Shown: positions 40,469-55,010 of the stretch, in pieces
Position numbering within the stretch: the first letter of the stretch is position 1
Layout of the letters: every line of letters starts with the position of its first letter
NCBI GenBank assembly: GCA_951406725.2
Contig: OX597825.1
Coordinates: 11,284,001-11,348,000, forward strand
Origin: Octopus vulgaris
Lineage: Eukaryota
DNA length: 64,000 bases
Direction: 5' to 3'
Notes under the pieces: model-generated
Seen by the model: only the letters and a program-made list of their open reading frames with translations
Database searches by the model: none
Told to the model about the DNA's origin: nothing
Position numbers and translations under genes: made by a program

Positions 40469-41315
40469 GTGGCAAAAATTCTATCGTCACTAAATGTGAC
40501 TGAGGGAGCTGAAATTTTTCCTTTATTGTATTATATTGCACACACGCACACACACACACATATATATACACACACACACACACACATGTTCCTTATCTGC
40601 GTTGTTGACGTAGGAATTAAAACCGACAGGATTTGAAAACTCGACAAATGGAATTAATCTGTTTCGCATCTCTCATGGTTGTTTCATTAACAAAACAAAG
40701 AACAAAACACAACAATAACAAGAACAACAACAACAACAGCCACATTAATTTGCTGTAATAATTATCTAATAAAATCTATTTTGTTTTGTGAGATTATCAA
40801 TTGCTCCATCATGACTACCAATCATTCGTCACCTTCTATAAATTTTACAGTTTTTACTCGCATTCATTGTTATTTGTTTAAAAACAAAAACAAAAGAAAA
40901 AAAAATCATGAAACGGAAAAAAAAAATTCAGTTTGAGAGAGACAGAAAGAGAGACAAAAGGAGAGAGAGAAGGAAAGACAGAAGGAGAGAGACGGATGTA
41001 TGGCCTGTGTAATATTGATCATGTTTTACTGGTTTTCAAAATCCTCCGCGTAGGCTCTCCGTCTGGAGGCGTTCTATAGACTCCCTCTTATAACATATTA
41101 AACTTGATTATCGATAACTCATTTAACAAATATATACGCCAATTCATACTGCACGCACGCATTTATATACTTCAATAAGAAAATATATACACACTTGATA
41201 TATATGCTTTATTTTGATATACAAACACACGCACATACATTTATACGTCTATGTATGTGAAAGGATACATTTGTATGGATATACACATAAATATACATAC
41301 GTATATTTATATATG

Positions 41316-41510
41316 TGGAGGCGCCCTAACCACTAGGTTAGGGCAGCGGACTCGCTGTCGTAGGATCGCGGTTTCGATTCCCAGACCGGGCGTTGTGAGT
41401 GTTTATTGAGCGAAAACACCTAAAAGCTCCACGAGGCTCCGGCAGGGGATGGTGATCCCTGCTGTACACTTTCACCACTCTTTCTTCTGTTGGCCTGCAC
41501 GTGATGGTGA
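41316..41510 (+). mobile_element. Family C SINE (5' part)
   Basis: Homologous to the reverse complement of 7150-7322. Confidence 0.82.
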
Positions 41511-41544
41511 TAGTGATATTTATATGTATATATATACATATGTG

Positions 41545-41626
<82 letters not shown>

Positions 41627-44026
41627 TATATACATACATATATATATATACATATATACATATACATATATATATATAGGTGTGTCTGTATATGCATAGA
41701 GAAAGATAGCTAGATAAATAGATAGAGAGAGAAACAGAGAAAGTAAGTGAGTAAGACAGAGGTGCACCTTCAACCCACAATCACCACAGCTTCATGGCTG
41801 AAACGTGAACGAGAAAGTCAATTATGTATGTATCTACACACATAAGTATCTAGGTGTCTACATGTTAGCACGTATTCATCAAAACACATGTAAGTGTTGT
41901 GTCTATACGCTTATATGTGTACATTCTACTGGTACAAACCTCTGCAATATTTCACACATTTTTGCGCTTCTGTCATCGGCTTATAATTTCAAGTTGCATC
42001 TTTTCTGGTTTTGTGAAACCTAAATTATCAAGATTTCTACTGAAGCAAATAGTTACATAATCATGTAATCTAGGCATAAATATAAAAATTGCAATCCAGA
42101 AGTAACCACACATTTTGCATCAATTCTCTGTGGGTAGTTCACTTGTATCTATCTTTAACATTATCTTAACGTTTTCTGTGCACATGTTCCTTTTCCAGTT
42201 CCATATTATTACATTGCTCTGTTGTTCTTATACGTTTCTGAAGTTTCCACAGGAGCATTCTACCAATATTCTCTTATATTATGGGTAATGAAGAGCAAGA
42301 GTGGTGATCTTCGGATGAACGACATTAACAATAGCAAATTGAAGCACTGGGCAGTAAGAACTGATTCGAAACTCTTAAAGATGGTACTCCATGATGAACG
42401 CAATCCAATGATATTAATCTATAAAAGAACAAAAGAGTAAAAAGAATACAAAATTCAAGTCAATACTCTCACGTATGAAATACATCGTATCCGGGTATCC
42501 AAGATAAAGTTTCGGGAAGTTAAAACGATTGTTTATTTTTCCTTTGTCTCCGGCAAACCTTTAGTCTAATACCCGTAGTTCTAAACAACTTATACAATTT
42601 TGTTTTCCCATGAATGTTTAGATAATAGCGAAAAACAACAAAAAAATAAATAAACGAACCGCTTAATCAATATTCATTTGATATTTATTGAATGTAAGTT
42701 TTTTTTTTGAGATATGAAACTGCAATTTTTATTTTGCTTTTACTTTTTATAACAATGAATATTTATAATCTTGTTTAATCAAATGAAAACAATCGTTTTA
42801 TTGTTATTTATAAATTCTTCGAGTGAAGAAGTTGTTTTCAATAGCCAAAGAAAATTTTTTCTAATAAATGTATAAAATATTTTATTCGGAATATTGAAGT
42901 ATGAAACGACAGTCTAGCCATAGGTAATATGGACGAATCTTTCGATTCCTATAGATTCACGTAAAATTGTCTATCGTCCAATTATTGATTTTCGACTAAA
43001 AAATAAAGCAAAAAACATCTCGTTTTTATTTTAATGTGCCCAGACTATTGATAAATGCTAACCTCGGTGTATTTTGATAGGAGTTTTGGCGACTATAAAA
43101 CAGATGAAAGGTGAACAGGATCATCTTGTAGATATCATACCTCATTGATTCACTGTTAAAACATCATAGAGAATTAATTTGCCGTTAGGGGCATCTCGAA
43201 AGTTTGGTTGGTTAACTACTACAAATTTTTCTGATTGGAAGAGACTGATTAAAAAGAAACTAATTTTTTTTTCGGAATCATGATTTACTATAGATATTGA
43301 TTCCTCTGTAAAGTGGCAAGATTTGCAGATACGACAAACACCCAAAGGAGTTGTATCAAACTGTAAACTGTCGAGGGTTCAACTTATGGAGCTCCAAGTA
43401 ACCACAGCAGTAGTATTTTTGTTGATGTTCAACCCTAAGTTAGCCCTGATCACGAACACAAATGATGCAAAGGTTTTCTAATTGCAGTAATCCTGTGTCT
43501 TTTGTACATATTTGTCGTTGCACATCTTTCTATACCTTCGGATACATTGTTCTATGTGGCCTTACCTCTTTGAGAAGGTACAGGATAATTTGAGGGAGAA
43601 TTAGTTGTTATTTCTAGAAGACTATTGAAGTAGAACTCATTAGTAAAACATGCGATAATGATTTAAATAAACAGCAATGTCGACTTTAGTGGGTATTTCT
43701 TGTGAATAGATTGGTTCTCCAATTCAATTTTCCTAATAGTATACTGCATGAGAGATTTTAAATATAGTTATTAATTTGGGTGAAATTATTTTTATTGTTA
43801 GAGCGGCAGACCAAATGTCTTATATTTGTTTCGATTCTTTAAGTTCTGAGTTCAAATCTCGCTGAGGTCAAAATGCAATGGATTTGTAAGGTACAGTATA
43901 GTCCCCCATACCCATTCCACACCCATCAATGAGGCTCTTACAAAGATGAAGTGAAACACAAGTTGGAGTATGATGTCGTTGCATCAATTTTATTTATCTG
44001 TAACATTTGAAATATATATATATACC

Positions 44027-44472
44027 AGGGTGGGTTCATAGGATGACTATGAAGGAGTGATGGTAGAGCTGCAAAATCTTGATTGCACTAATTTCGACCG
44101 TTCTTATTAATAACTGAATTCTTTCTTTCCGGGTAAACTGGCATCTGACTGTTCAAAGAAGACTTCAAAAGTAGCTAGTAGCGACTTCTCTAGAAAATCG
44201 ACAAAATTTCGCATCGTAGTATTATCATGTACCTGCAGAAAAAGAGTTTAGCCCCTAAAACGACATTCATGCTGACGTGGTTGATACATTAGGGGTTGAC
44301 GCTCCTGCTATATCGACAGTGTAAAAGTGGGCAGCTGAATTTAGGATCGGACGGGAGGGTCTTGAAGATAGCCCAACGTCTGGACGTCCTGCAACTGCCA
44401 CCACCGAGGAAAACATTGATCGTATTGGCCATATAGTGATTGATAACAGGCGATTGACGATAAATCAAATTC
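44027..44472 (+). mobile_element. Mariner transposase 5' remnant (N-terminal HTH region)
   Basis: From 44197: IDKISHRSIIMYLQKKSLAPK/DIHADVVDTLGVDAPAISTV*KWAAEFRIGREGLEDSPTSGRPATATTEENIDRI...DNRRLTINQI, with one frameshift and one stop. Confidence 0.88.
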
Positions 44473-44844
44473 GATTCCCAATCACTAAAGTTTGCCCTCT
44501 TGGACCCGCTTCGGAGTTCCGGGAAACACATCCCTTGTGCTCCCAACACACGTCTCTCAGAAAGATTTTCAGGTTGTACTGGCATTGGTTGAAGACTGCA
44601 ATATATTTTCCTAAAGGACCCTTCTACCTGGTATCTGAACTTGTCCCTTTTTAACCCGTACATCTGACGCTGCAATTATGGTTATTTTTTGTAGCTTTTA
44701 GTGGGCTTATTTGCGTCAGGCTCCAAGGTGGTATTTGTATTGCACCTACGGATATGAAGGGTTTGATCCTTTTGTTGATGTAAATTTTGTATCGACATCA
44801 TTGAAGGCGAAGTGTTGGTAAGAGAAATCTTTGCGCGAGAGATT

Positions 44845-45190
44845 TCACGTACATACATAAGTACATACGTACATATTTACATACATACATAGAAACATAC
44901 AATACATAATACATACATGTATGCGTATAGGCATGAACACAAGCATGCGCTTGTACACCTATGCATACGCACATAAATGTACACACACATACATACACGC
45001 ATACATACATACACACATACATCCATACGTACATACATACATACATACATACATAATACACACATACATACATACATACACACATACATGCATACATACA
45101 TACATGCATGCATACATACATACATACATACATACATACATACATACATACATACATACATACATACATACATACATACATACGTACATA
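44845..45190. repeat. (ATAC)n degenerate microsatellite
   Basis: Direct inspection. Confidence 0.92.
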
Positions 45191-45976
45191 TATATCATGA
45201 GTGAACTGTTACTTTCTCAGATGCAGCACGGAATTTTGTCAGTGAACAGGTCGCGGTTTCAAAGCAACGAAAATATTTTGACAAATTAAATTTAAATGTT
45301 GAAGTGAATCTAACGGTTTTTGTGTGTTTCTTAAATGGCTTATAAACACCTTCCACGCTGCAATTGTTTTCGTTACAGCACACGATCTCAGATCAGGTCA
45401 CTTGCTATGCAAGTACATCTCCGTAATTTAATCTATTAGTTATGTTAATATAAAAAATTGTTCAATAGTGAGCAATCTTTGTTGAAGAACCAATTAGAAA
45501 ACGACGTGATCTGTCTATCATTCTGTTATGGTACGTGTATCTTGGAAACATTGACACAGAATATCGTTTAGCACATTGAACGATATTTATATTTTCAAGT
45601 CTGAGAAAAATGCATAGTTTCGTTCTTAGTGTTTCTGAACGAAATTCAGGATCTATTCCATTGAACTTAGGATTAAAAGAAATATTTAAACAAATAATGC
45701 CTTACGAATAATATAAATAATATAAATGCTGCGTCTATAACAAAATTTCTTTGATTTTCCCCAATTTTTTTAGTCAATGAAAAATGTCTTATGAAAAATG
45801 TTTAAAAAATAGATTATATTTTCGATTTTGTTCCAGAGCAAAGAAAGCATATTTTTTTTGAAAAAACATTACATACGTACGCCTTAGCAGACCAATGTTA
45901 TAGATTTGAGATTTGACATCAAAGCTATGACGTATCAAACGGTTCTACTATAAAGATTTCCATACAATGTCTTATA

Positions 45977-46191
45977 CAGTAATCCCTCGCCATATCGCGG
46001 TTCACTTATCGCGGTTTATTATTTAAGCTTACGTCGATTCCTCTGTGGTATTGTTTTGCATAAAATAAATACATACAAATTATAAAAATAATGAAAAAAA
46101 TATACAGTACAGTACTGTTTCTACTTCGCGGATTTTTACCTACCGTGGAGGGTTTTAGAATGTAACACCCGCGATAGTCAAGGCATTACTG
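45977..46191. mobile_element. pogo/Tigger-like MITE
   Basis: TIRs cagtaatccctcg / caaggcattactg and TA TSDs; same family as 10968-12006. Confidence 0.88.
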
Positions 46192-46207
46192 TATTTCTAC
46201 ATGGAAT

Positions 46208-46418
46208 CGTTAGCACGCCAGGCGAAATGCTTATCGGTATTTCATCTGCCGCTACGTTCTGAGTTGAAATTCCGTCGGGGTCGATTTTGCCTTTCATCCT
46301 TTTGGGGTCGATTAAATAAGTACCAGTTACGCACTGAATCGATGTAATCAACTTAGTACCTCTGTTTGTCCTTGTTTGTCCTCTCTGTGTTTAGTCCCTT
46401 TTAGGCAATAAAGAAATA
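46208..46418 (+). mobile_element. Family A SINE, slightly 5'-truncated
   Basis: An 18-bp TSD with 2 mismatches, tgtattt(c/g)ta(c/g)atggaat (46190-46207 and 46419-46436), overlaps the MITE end. Confidence 0.88.
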
Positions 46419-46808
46419 TGTATTTGTAGATGGAATTTAGATTTGAGAGAGAGAGAGAGAGAGAGAGAGTGAGAGAGAGAGAGAGAGGTGAAAACTCTTA
46501 ACATGAACGTTGATAGGCGAGAGAATATGACTAGTAACTATTTTCAATGAAGGCTAGACGTAGGTGAGGGTTTAAAAAGCGTAGACAGATTTGGTGGTTT
46601 AAAAGACGAAAAGAGACTCGGAGGTTTGCATCCGAAGGAAGGTGCATACGAGGAAAAGATTTGCCAACAGCGCCTTCAAATGCAATTAGGGCAGCCGAGA
46701 TTGTCACTCGTGTTTGGGTTTGTATAGTTCGTAAAAGACACTGCATTGCCAAAGTAAGATATCCTCGTCGATGATCTATAGTCTTGCGAGACTAACAGAT
46801 GCTTCACA

Positions 46809-46873
<65 letters not shown>

Positions 46874-47288
46874 ACACACACACAATAATGGCCACACATG
46901 TATGTATAGATGATTGCATGCACGTATGTATATATATATATAGTAATATAATAATAAGAGTAAATAATTTCTATAAGGTATTTTTCGTTATCTATTCCTT
47001 CTGTTTTGCATATGTGAATTGCAGGGTTTGTCGTGTGTGGAGCCCCACTTGTGGAAAATAGAAATAAGCATTCTTGACTGCTATTTCTACTTTTTCGGTA
47101 TGCGGCCAAGCAACCTGTTGCCTGTCCCTTTTTCTTATATATATATATATATATTTATACACCCACATACACACACATATACACACACAAACATGCACAC
47201 ACACATATACACATACATGCACACAGACATATCTTGTACATATGTACAAACATCCCCCCCTCTCTCTCTCTCTATATATATATATATA

Positions 47289-47486
47289 AACTTCCTGGAA
47301 AGTTCCGAGGATTTTCTAACTTCCTGGAAATCGGTCGAAAACTTTCTGGAAAGTTCCAATGATTTCTAACTTCCCGGAAAATTGATAGAAAACTTCATAG
47401 AAGGTTCCGAAGATTTCATGGAAAGTTCCAAGGAATTTCTAACTTCCTGGAAAATTGGCCGAAAACTTCTTGGAAAGTTCCAGAAA
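47289..47486. repeat. Minisatellite, ~51-bp dimeric unit built on aacttcctggaaa
   Basis: About eight subunits, alternating ...gttcc and ...tcgg/ttgg tails. Confidence 0.88.
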
Positions 47487-48115
47487 AGTGTGTGTGTGAT
47501 TGTTTTGATATCAAGATTGGAAAAATCAACCTTGTTCGTAAAAAGTTTTTGACTTGGGTTTACACCCCCTAAGCAAATCTTGTTCCCGGGCCACTGACAA
47601 TATCACTGCCAGACTTGTCACATGATAGTAGAATTAAAGTCCCATTGGCGTGGTGCTGCTTCAACCAGCTAGAAAAAGAAATCCATACTACCATCCTAGG
47701 CCTTCTACCTATCTTAAGCGGTGAATAGGCAAGTGGGTCGTTTGAGCGTTGGATACAGTGCCTCGCAGTATTTGTTCCAGATCTCTTCACTCTGAATTCA
47801 AACCACACTTTATTTTCAGTCTTCTGAGCGTTGATAAATGAAACAACGGAGAACATTCTTTGATTGCTATTTTTTTTTCGAATCCTTTCTTCCTCTCTCC
47901 GTTTCTTTTTCTCTCTTTCACTGTCAATCACTACAATCAACAGCAGGTCATGTGGAGCTCTGATAGCAACGTGGTAGATTCTTATACAACATAAAAACCA
48001 TGCTTCTATTTGATCAAATCCTTCGTAGGCCGAATAGAAACAACACCTCCAGACAACTTTTCTCTTTTTGCTTCAGTCTATTCAAAATCAATGTGATAGG
48101 GTAAACTCCAGAATA

Positions 48116-48162
<47 letters not shown>

Positions 48163-48193
48163 GTGTGTGTGATTGTGTATAGAAGAATATATT

Positions 48194-48543
48194 AATAAAA
48201 AGAATTCCAACCTTGTCTGATTTTCACGTTTTATTTACAATCTTATAATGATATATTATAAGATAATATATTATAATTGAATAAAATAAAATGAAATAGT
48301 AGAACGTTAAATATTCATTCTGATGAATATTCACAGTCAAAAATTGTGAAGCATGACTGTCAACACTACTACATGAACCCGAAGATTGCAGAATTCAATG
48401 CATGAAAGTACTAGTTCAATCAGAATGAATATTTAACGTTCTACTATTTCATTTTATTTTATTCAATTATAATATATTATCTTATAATATATCATTATAA
48501 GATTGTAAATAAAACGTGAAAATCAGACAAGGTTGGAATTCTT

Positions 48544-48549
<6 letters not shown>
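48194..48549. repeat. Perfect 131-bp inverted repeat with a 94-bp spacer
   Basis: 48194-48324 is the reverse complement of 48419-48549; TA-rich tracts flank it. Confidence 0.95.
48374..48418 (+). ncRNA. Minimal type I hammerhead ribozyme-like motif (U4>C)
   Basis: tgaac CCGAAGA t tgca-gaattcaa-tgca t GAAA gta CUA gttca, with palindromic stem III agtact. Confidence 0.65.
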
Positions 48550-48594
<45 letters not shown>

Positions 48595-48639
48595 GTATAT
48601 ATGTAAAAGTGAGTATGAGGATAAATACTCGTAAAGATA

Positions 48640-48719
<80 letters not shown>

Positions 48720-48868
48720 AAAAGATAATAACAACAATAAAAACATTAGTGGCAGCAAGCGATATTAGCATTAAACAGCTATACAATAAATTCATAATTA
48801 TATATATATATACATACATACATATATATATTTATATGTATATATATATATACATATGCATATACATA

Positions 48869-48982
<114 letters not shown>

Positions 48983-49076
48983 CCAAACAAGAAAACAGAA
49001 ACAAAAAAGCTACAACGCAAGGACGTGGAACAAATATAGTATTATTGGACGCTCAGGAAAGAAGGGAAGAAGGAGG

Positions 49077-49111
49077 GTTTGACGTTTTGAGTGGAGCTCT
49101 TCGTCGGAAAC
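49077..49111 (-). ncRNA. Degenerate hammerhead-like motif, same family as 53603
   Basis: gttt CCGACGA a gagc-tcc-actc AAAA c GUC aaac; the downstream flank is homologous to 53636-53710. Confidence 0.5.
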
Positions 49112-49797
49112 ATAGGAGAAGGAAAGATCCATGTATGTATGTATGTTCGTATAAGTGAGCTGAATGAGAGATAAATTGTTTCGGCGTTGATAAAGTGGGG
49201 GAAAACTTTATTACTGAAAAATAACAAAAAAAAAAAACGAAAACAGAAATTCATTTGCAAACCATGTTCTATTGGAGTTCAGTCAACATTTTGTTTTCCA
49301 ATTTGTATGCTACACAATTTACATCGTTGAAGATTTAAAAATATTTTTGTATGTATATATATAAAAAAATCAACTTTTAAAAAAAGATACAAAATCAAAC
49401 TCAATCATGTGGAAGTTTTCATTTGTATTTCTTTCGCTTGGATATTTTTTTATTTGTTCTCTTCCATCCTTCTTCAGTATTGCTATTGTTGCTTTCAATG
49501 TTGCTATAGTCGTTGTGTTGTACAATATTGTTTGTAATATTCGTTCGTTCATACACTAACGTATCTCGAATACGGCTGTCCTCATTTAACGTGCAGTTGT
49601 TCTGTTTTGATATTTCTTTGTTTTTTTTTTTTAGTTGTTTGCTTTGGATCATTGCAGGTTGTTGAGAGATTCAAACGTTCGACTGTTATTTACATTATAA
49701 GTTACATTAATACCCTGTTATTTAAATCGAGTGTTCTCTCTCTCCTCCCCTAGTCTCTCTTTTTCTCTATATACATATCTATGTATATATATATATA

Positions 49798-49850
<53 letters not shown>

Positions 49851-49865
49851 TTATATAAATATATA

Positions 49866-49907
<42 letters not shown>

Positions 49908-50064
49908 TTTTCATACATATATATGTGTGTGTGCCTATGACAATATATACACAAATACTTATATTTAAGTATATGTAAACGTATGTGTGTATGTATATAT
50001 ATATATATATATGCACATATGTATGCCTTATATATATATGAGTGCGTATAGATTCGTATATATA

Positions 50065-50101
<37 letters not shown>

Positions 50102-50386
50102 TTATATGCACATACATACATATATTCGCATACTCATATATAAATATCTGCAATTGCATACATAAATCGCATGTCAATAAGTGAATAATTATATTGAAAT
50201 ATATACGTATGCACACCTATATACATACATATATATATATACACATACATATATATATATACATATATATATATGTATATATCTATATGTATATATGCAT
50301 ACACACACACATATATATACATATATACGTATGTTTGTATATATATGTATATATACATATATATATGCATACATATATATATATGC

Positions 50387-50442
<56 letters not shown>

Positions 50443-50481
50443 GTATACATACAAACAAACTTACACACACTTACACATATG

Positions 50482-50513
<32 letters not shown>

Positions 50514-50997
50514 ATAAAATGTAAATGAGTTCGTACACGATAAGATTTTTGAACAAATGAAAACTCTATAAATCAGTGTAGGAAGGTGGAATGAAATCAG
50601 CAAACAGATGCCATATTTTTCATTACAAATACAACAAAAAACACGAGATACCAGAGTTGGGAGTTGAATTCCAAAGTAGGATTAACGTGAAGAACAACTT
50701 GAAGTTGCCAGGCTACAATTTTCTCCAACACACCAAACCCACCTCTTTCCTCACTTATTCTCTTTCATACATAAGTTTTCTTTCTTACTGAACATTTCGT
50801 TCTCTCTCTATTTCTCTCCCTCTCTCTCTCTGTCTTACTCTGTCTCACTCTGCCTTCCTCTCTCTATTTCTCTTTCTCTGTCTTCGCGTCTCTCTCTCGT
50901 GTCTTTCTCTCATTACACTACACCTTCCTACATCTACAAATTAATACTTATTAAGTAAAATGCACCTCGCTGCCTCGCTGCTGTATTTCGGTTGAAA

Positions 50998-51023
50998 CAA
51001 TTCCTATATGATATGATACACTA

Positions 51024-51061
<38 letters not shown>

Positions 51062-51087
51062 TAGCGTATCATATCATACAGGAATTG
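50998..51087. repeat. Palindrome centred on (AT)n
   Basis: caattcctatatgatatgatacactacg-(at)n-catagcgtatcatatcatacaggaattg, three transition mismatches. Confidence 0.88.
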
Positions 51088-51089
51088 AA

Positions 51090-51171
<82 letters not shown>

Positions 51172-51275
51172 TTATATATATATACACACCCACACATAAA
51201 TAAATATGTATATATCTATCTATATATATATATATATACATTCACATATATAAACATATATATACTTATATATAT

Positions 51276-51333
<58 letters not shown>

Positions 51334-51448
51334 TTATATATATATACACACCCACACATATAAATATGTATATATCTATATATATATGTATATACATTCA
51401 CATATATAAACATATATATACGTATATATATATATATGCGTGTGTGCG

Positions 51449-51481
<33 letters not shown>

Positions 51482-51516
51482 GTGTGTGTGTGCACGTGCA
51501 TTTGTACACGCATAAA

Positions 51517-51561
<45 letters not shown>

Positions 51562-51729
51562 ACACACATATTATATATCAATGAAATCAATATGAAAAAT
51601 ATATCGATTCATCTACATATCTACAAATATAATTGAACCAACTCTCTGTATGTATGCCCTAATAATATATACTCATACGCATTCTTGTATGTGAGTGTGG
51701 GTGTGCAAGTATCTCTCTCTTATTCCTTC

Positions 51730-51918
<189 letters not shown>

Positions 51919-52047
51919 AACTTTAAACGCCTCCCCTTTGTTCGATATATGTAAAATTAATAAAATTGAAAATAGTAGTTTGGAGCCGTTAACGAAAACT
52001 CTAGTTCATTCGTTTTGCCTACACACACACGCACGCACACACACACG

Positions 52048-52096
<49 letters not shown>

Positions 52097-52720
52097 TGAG
52101 ATGCAGATGAGAAGAAAATAATAGGAGAATTGTATATATTACTAAGAGAAAGTGGGAAGGAGAGATGAAGATGAAAATAAAAAGAAGGAAGAAGAGAGAA
52201 AGAGTGAAACACACAGAGAGAAATAGAGAGAAATAGAGAAAGAGAGAGAGTGTTTGTGAGAAGAAAAGACCAGGAGAGAATTAGAACGAGAAAGATGTAG
52301 ACTATAAAGTTGTCTGGTTGAATAAAAAAATGTAATAGAATAAACGCAGAGGTGAGACAAAACAGAGAGAAAGGGGGAGTAAAGAGAGAGAGAGAGAGAA
52401 AGAAAGAGAGAGAGAAATATAAAGATAGATTGGTTGTGTGAGCTGGTGTGAGTGTGAGACACTGACTGAGAGAGAGCGAGAGAGGGAGAAACGAAAGCCT
52501 GGAAAGAAAAAAAAATGGTGGAGAAAGTAAAAAGTTTGGTAGGAGGAGAAATGAAGTGTAAGGAAGAGTTAGAAATATAGAATGTTAAGAAGTCCTCCTA
52601 CCACAACATAAATCAAGGGAGGGGAGTAAGATAGTTATTGGGGGAGTGCGTAAAACACAGAGAGAGAGAGATAAGTAGTTTGGTAGATAGAGAGACAGAT
52701 AAATGAAAAGATAAACTGAT

Positions 52721-52778
<58 letters not shown>

Positions 52779-52799
52779 CTCTATCTCTCTGCCTATATT

Positions 52800-52910
<111 letters not shown>

Positions 52911-53086
52911 GTCTGTCTATCTGTCTACCTGTCTTTCTCTCTATCTATCTACCTGTATACAGACACACGGTCGGACATCTATATAAACATATACATAACA
53001 CATGTATGTCTGGTTGTCTGTATATATGAATATATACATATGCTTATATATAAATATATATACATTTGTATATATGCATGTTTATA

Positions 53087-53126
<40 letters not shown>

Positions 53127-53322
53127 TGTATACACACATATACGAATATTTACATATGCATGCATACATGTGTGTTAGGTATATATATACCGGGATAAAG
53201 TATTGAGCCATTAGCAGAGAGATAGATAGTTAAATAGATGCATATGCTGTACTCACTTGTGTATCACTTTATATGCATGCATACATAAATATATACATAC
53301 AAAGATATATACATGTTTGTAT

Positions 53323-53447
<125 letters not shown>

Positions 53448-53485
53448 TATATACATACATATATATGTACATTATATATACGTAG

Positions 53486-53524
<39 letters not shown>

Positions 53525-53602
53525 CACGTGTAGATATATATATGACCACGTTGGCGATTTTTCACTCCGTCTTCCCTTCCTTGGATCTTTCCTTTTCCTG
53601 TT

Positions 53603-53636
53603 TTTCTGACGAAGAGCTCCGCTCGAAACATTAAAT
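53603..53636 (+). ncRNA. Minimal type I hammerhead ribozyme-like motif
   Basis: ttt CUGACGA a gagc-tcc-gctc GAAA ca UUA aa. Confidence 0.62.
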
Positions 53637-53781
53637 CCTCCTTCTTTCTTTCCTTTCCTGAGCGTCCAATAACACTATACTTGTTCCACGTCCTCGCGTT
53701 GTTGTGTTTTCTCGTTGTGTTTTCATGCTTGAATTATATTTATATATACGTATATATGTATATATATATACATACATAATA

Positions 53782-53830
<49 letters not shown>

Positions 53831-53833
<3 letters not shown>

Positions 53834-53857
53834 CATGTACATGTATATGTGTGTATA

Positions 53858-53895
<38 letters not shown>

Positions 53896-53922
53896 TATAC
53901 ACACATATACATGTACATGCCT
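53831..53922. repeat. Perfect palindrome centred on (AT)n
   Basis: aggcatgtacatgtatatgtgtgtatatgc-(at)n-gcatatacacacatatacatgtacatgcct. Confidence 0.9.
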
Positions 53923-53956
53923 TCATATATATGTGTATATATAGGCATATCTGGAT

Positions 53957-54812
53957 ACAGGACGTCAAGAACGTGAGCAAATGAGAAACGAGAACTTAAA
54001 AACAAAAGCATGGAAAATGAACTTCGAACAACACATATTATTTATATTATTATAGGATCGAACGCCACGCAACCATTTCCAAGTAAGTTTTATCTTAATA
54101 ATCCCCATGCGCACTCTACAATCTACTTCTATTCTATCTCCCTCTCTTGTTGTTCTTCCTTTCTGTTTTTCTTTCCCAACCTTTCTCTAATTCTTCTCCT
54201 CTCCCGTTCACCGTTCCCTTTCTCTCCCTCACCTTTACTCCTTGACTCTCTCGTTGCTCACACGTGACCAACGGTTATCTATCATTTTTTCTTCCACTTC
54301 CTTTCAAAAAACAAGACGTGCTTTTGCCTGTCTCTTCTCAGAGTTCGTTTTTCCAGCGTTCACCACTTCACCTTGTAACGGCTTAATAGCCCTTACCATT
54401 TGTTTTTACTATTTTGTTCTTACTGTCCTGTTTTTGTTACCATTTTAAACCTCCGCAAAAAATCCCATATTTTATTTAATTTGCTTTGCGGGAAGGACTG
54501 TTTTAACGAAGACGCGTCTTGTCCCTACCTTCAGAACGCAGAGTATATAAAACAGGGGACAACTGATGAAGGGAATATTCTTTATGTTGCGTGTCTCATT
54601 TCTCTATTTGTTTCTTTCGTTGTTCGAAAAAAGTTAGTTTTCTCTGTTTTTTTTTATATTCTCATTTTGTTCACATCTTTTGACGTCCTGTACACATATA
54701 TGCATGCATATATATACATATATATGTAGGCATTTACATGTATGTATATATATATATTATTTATATTATTATATGATCGAACGCCACGCATTCATTTCCA
54801 AGTAAGTTTTAT
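53957..54812 (+). mobile_element. Putative Penelope-like element remnant
   Basis: Diverged inverted repeats (53957-54033 vs 54619-54692), a direct repeat gatcgaacgccacgca..catttccaagtaagttttat (~54056-54092 and ~54775-54811), hammerhead half-motifs at 54508-54569 and TA-rich flanks. Confidence 0.5.
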
Positions 54813-54851
54813 ATAAATATGTATATATATATATATATATATCCTGAAAAA

Positions 54852-54897
54852 ATGTAATCTGACGAATCCACTAGAGTGGATGCAAGGGCTATTACAT
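54852..54897 (+). ncRNA. Hammerhead ribozyme-like motif (A13>C)
   Basis: atgtaa t CUGACGA atccac-taga-gtggat GCAA ggg CUA ttacat. Confidence 0.6.
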
Positions 54898-55010
54898 GAT
54901 TATAAAAACATATGACATAATAAAAATCTGTAACTATAAAACAATCCAGATTTCTGAGTACCTTATTTCTATTAATATGTAATACCTGTACATCATCTCC
55001 AAACCTTCTA

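Noticed and set aside
51130-51430. ~165-bp tandem duplication in TA-rich DNA
   Set aside because: Ordinary slippage or duplication within a compound microsatellite.
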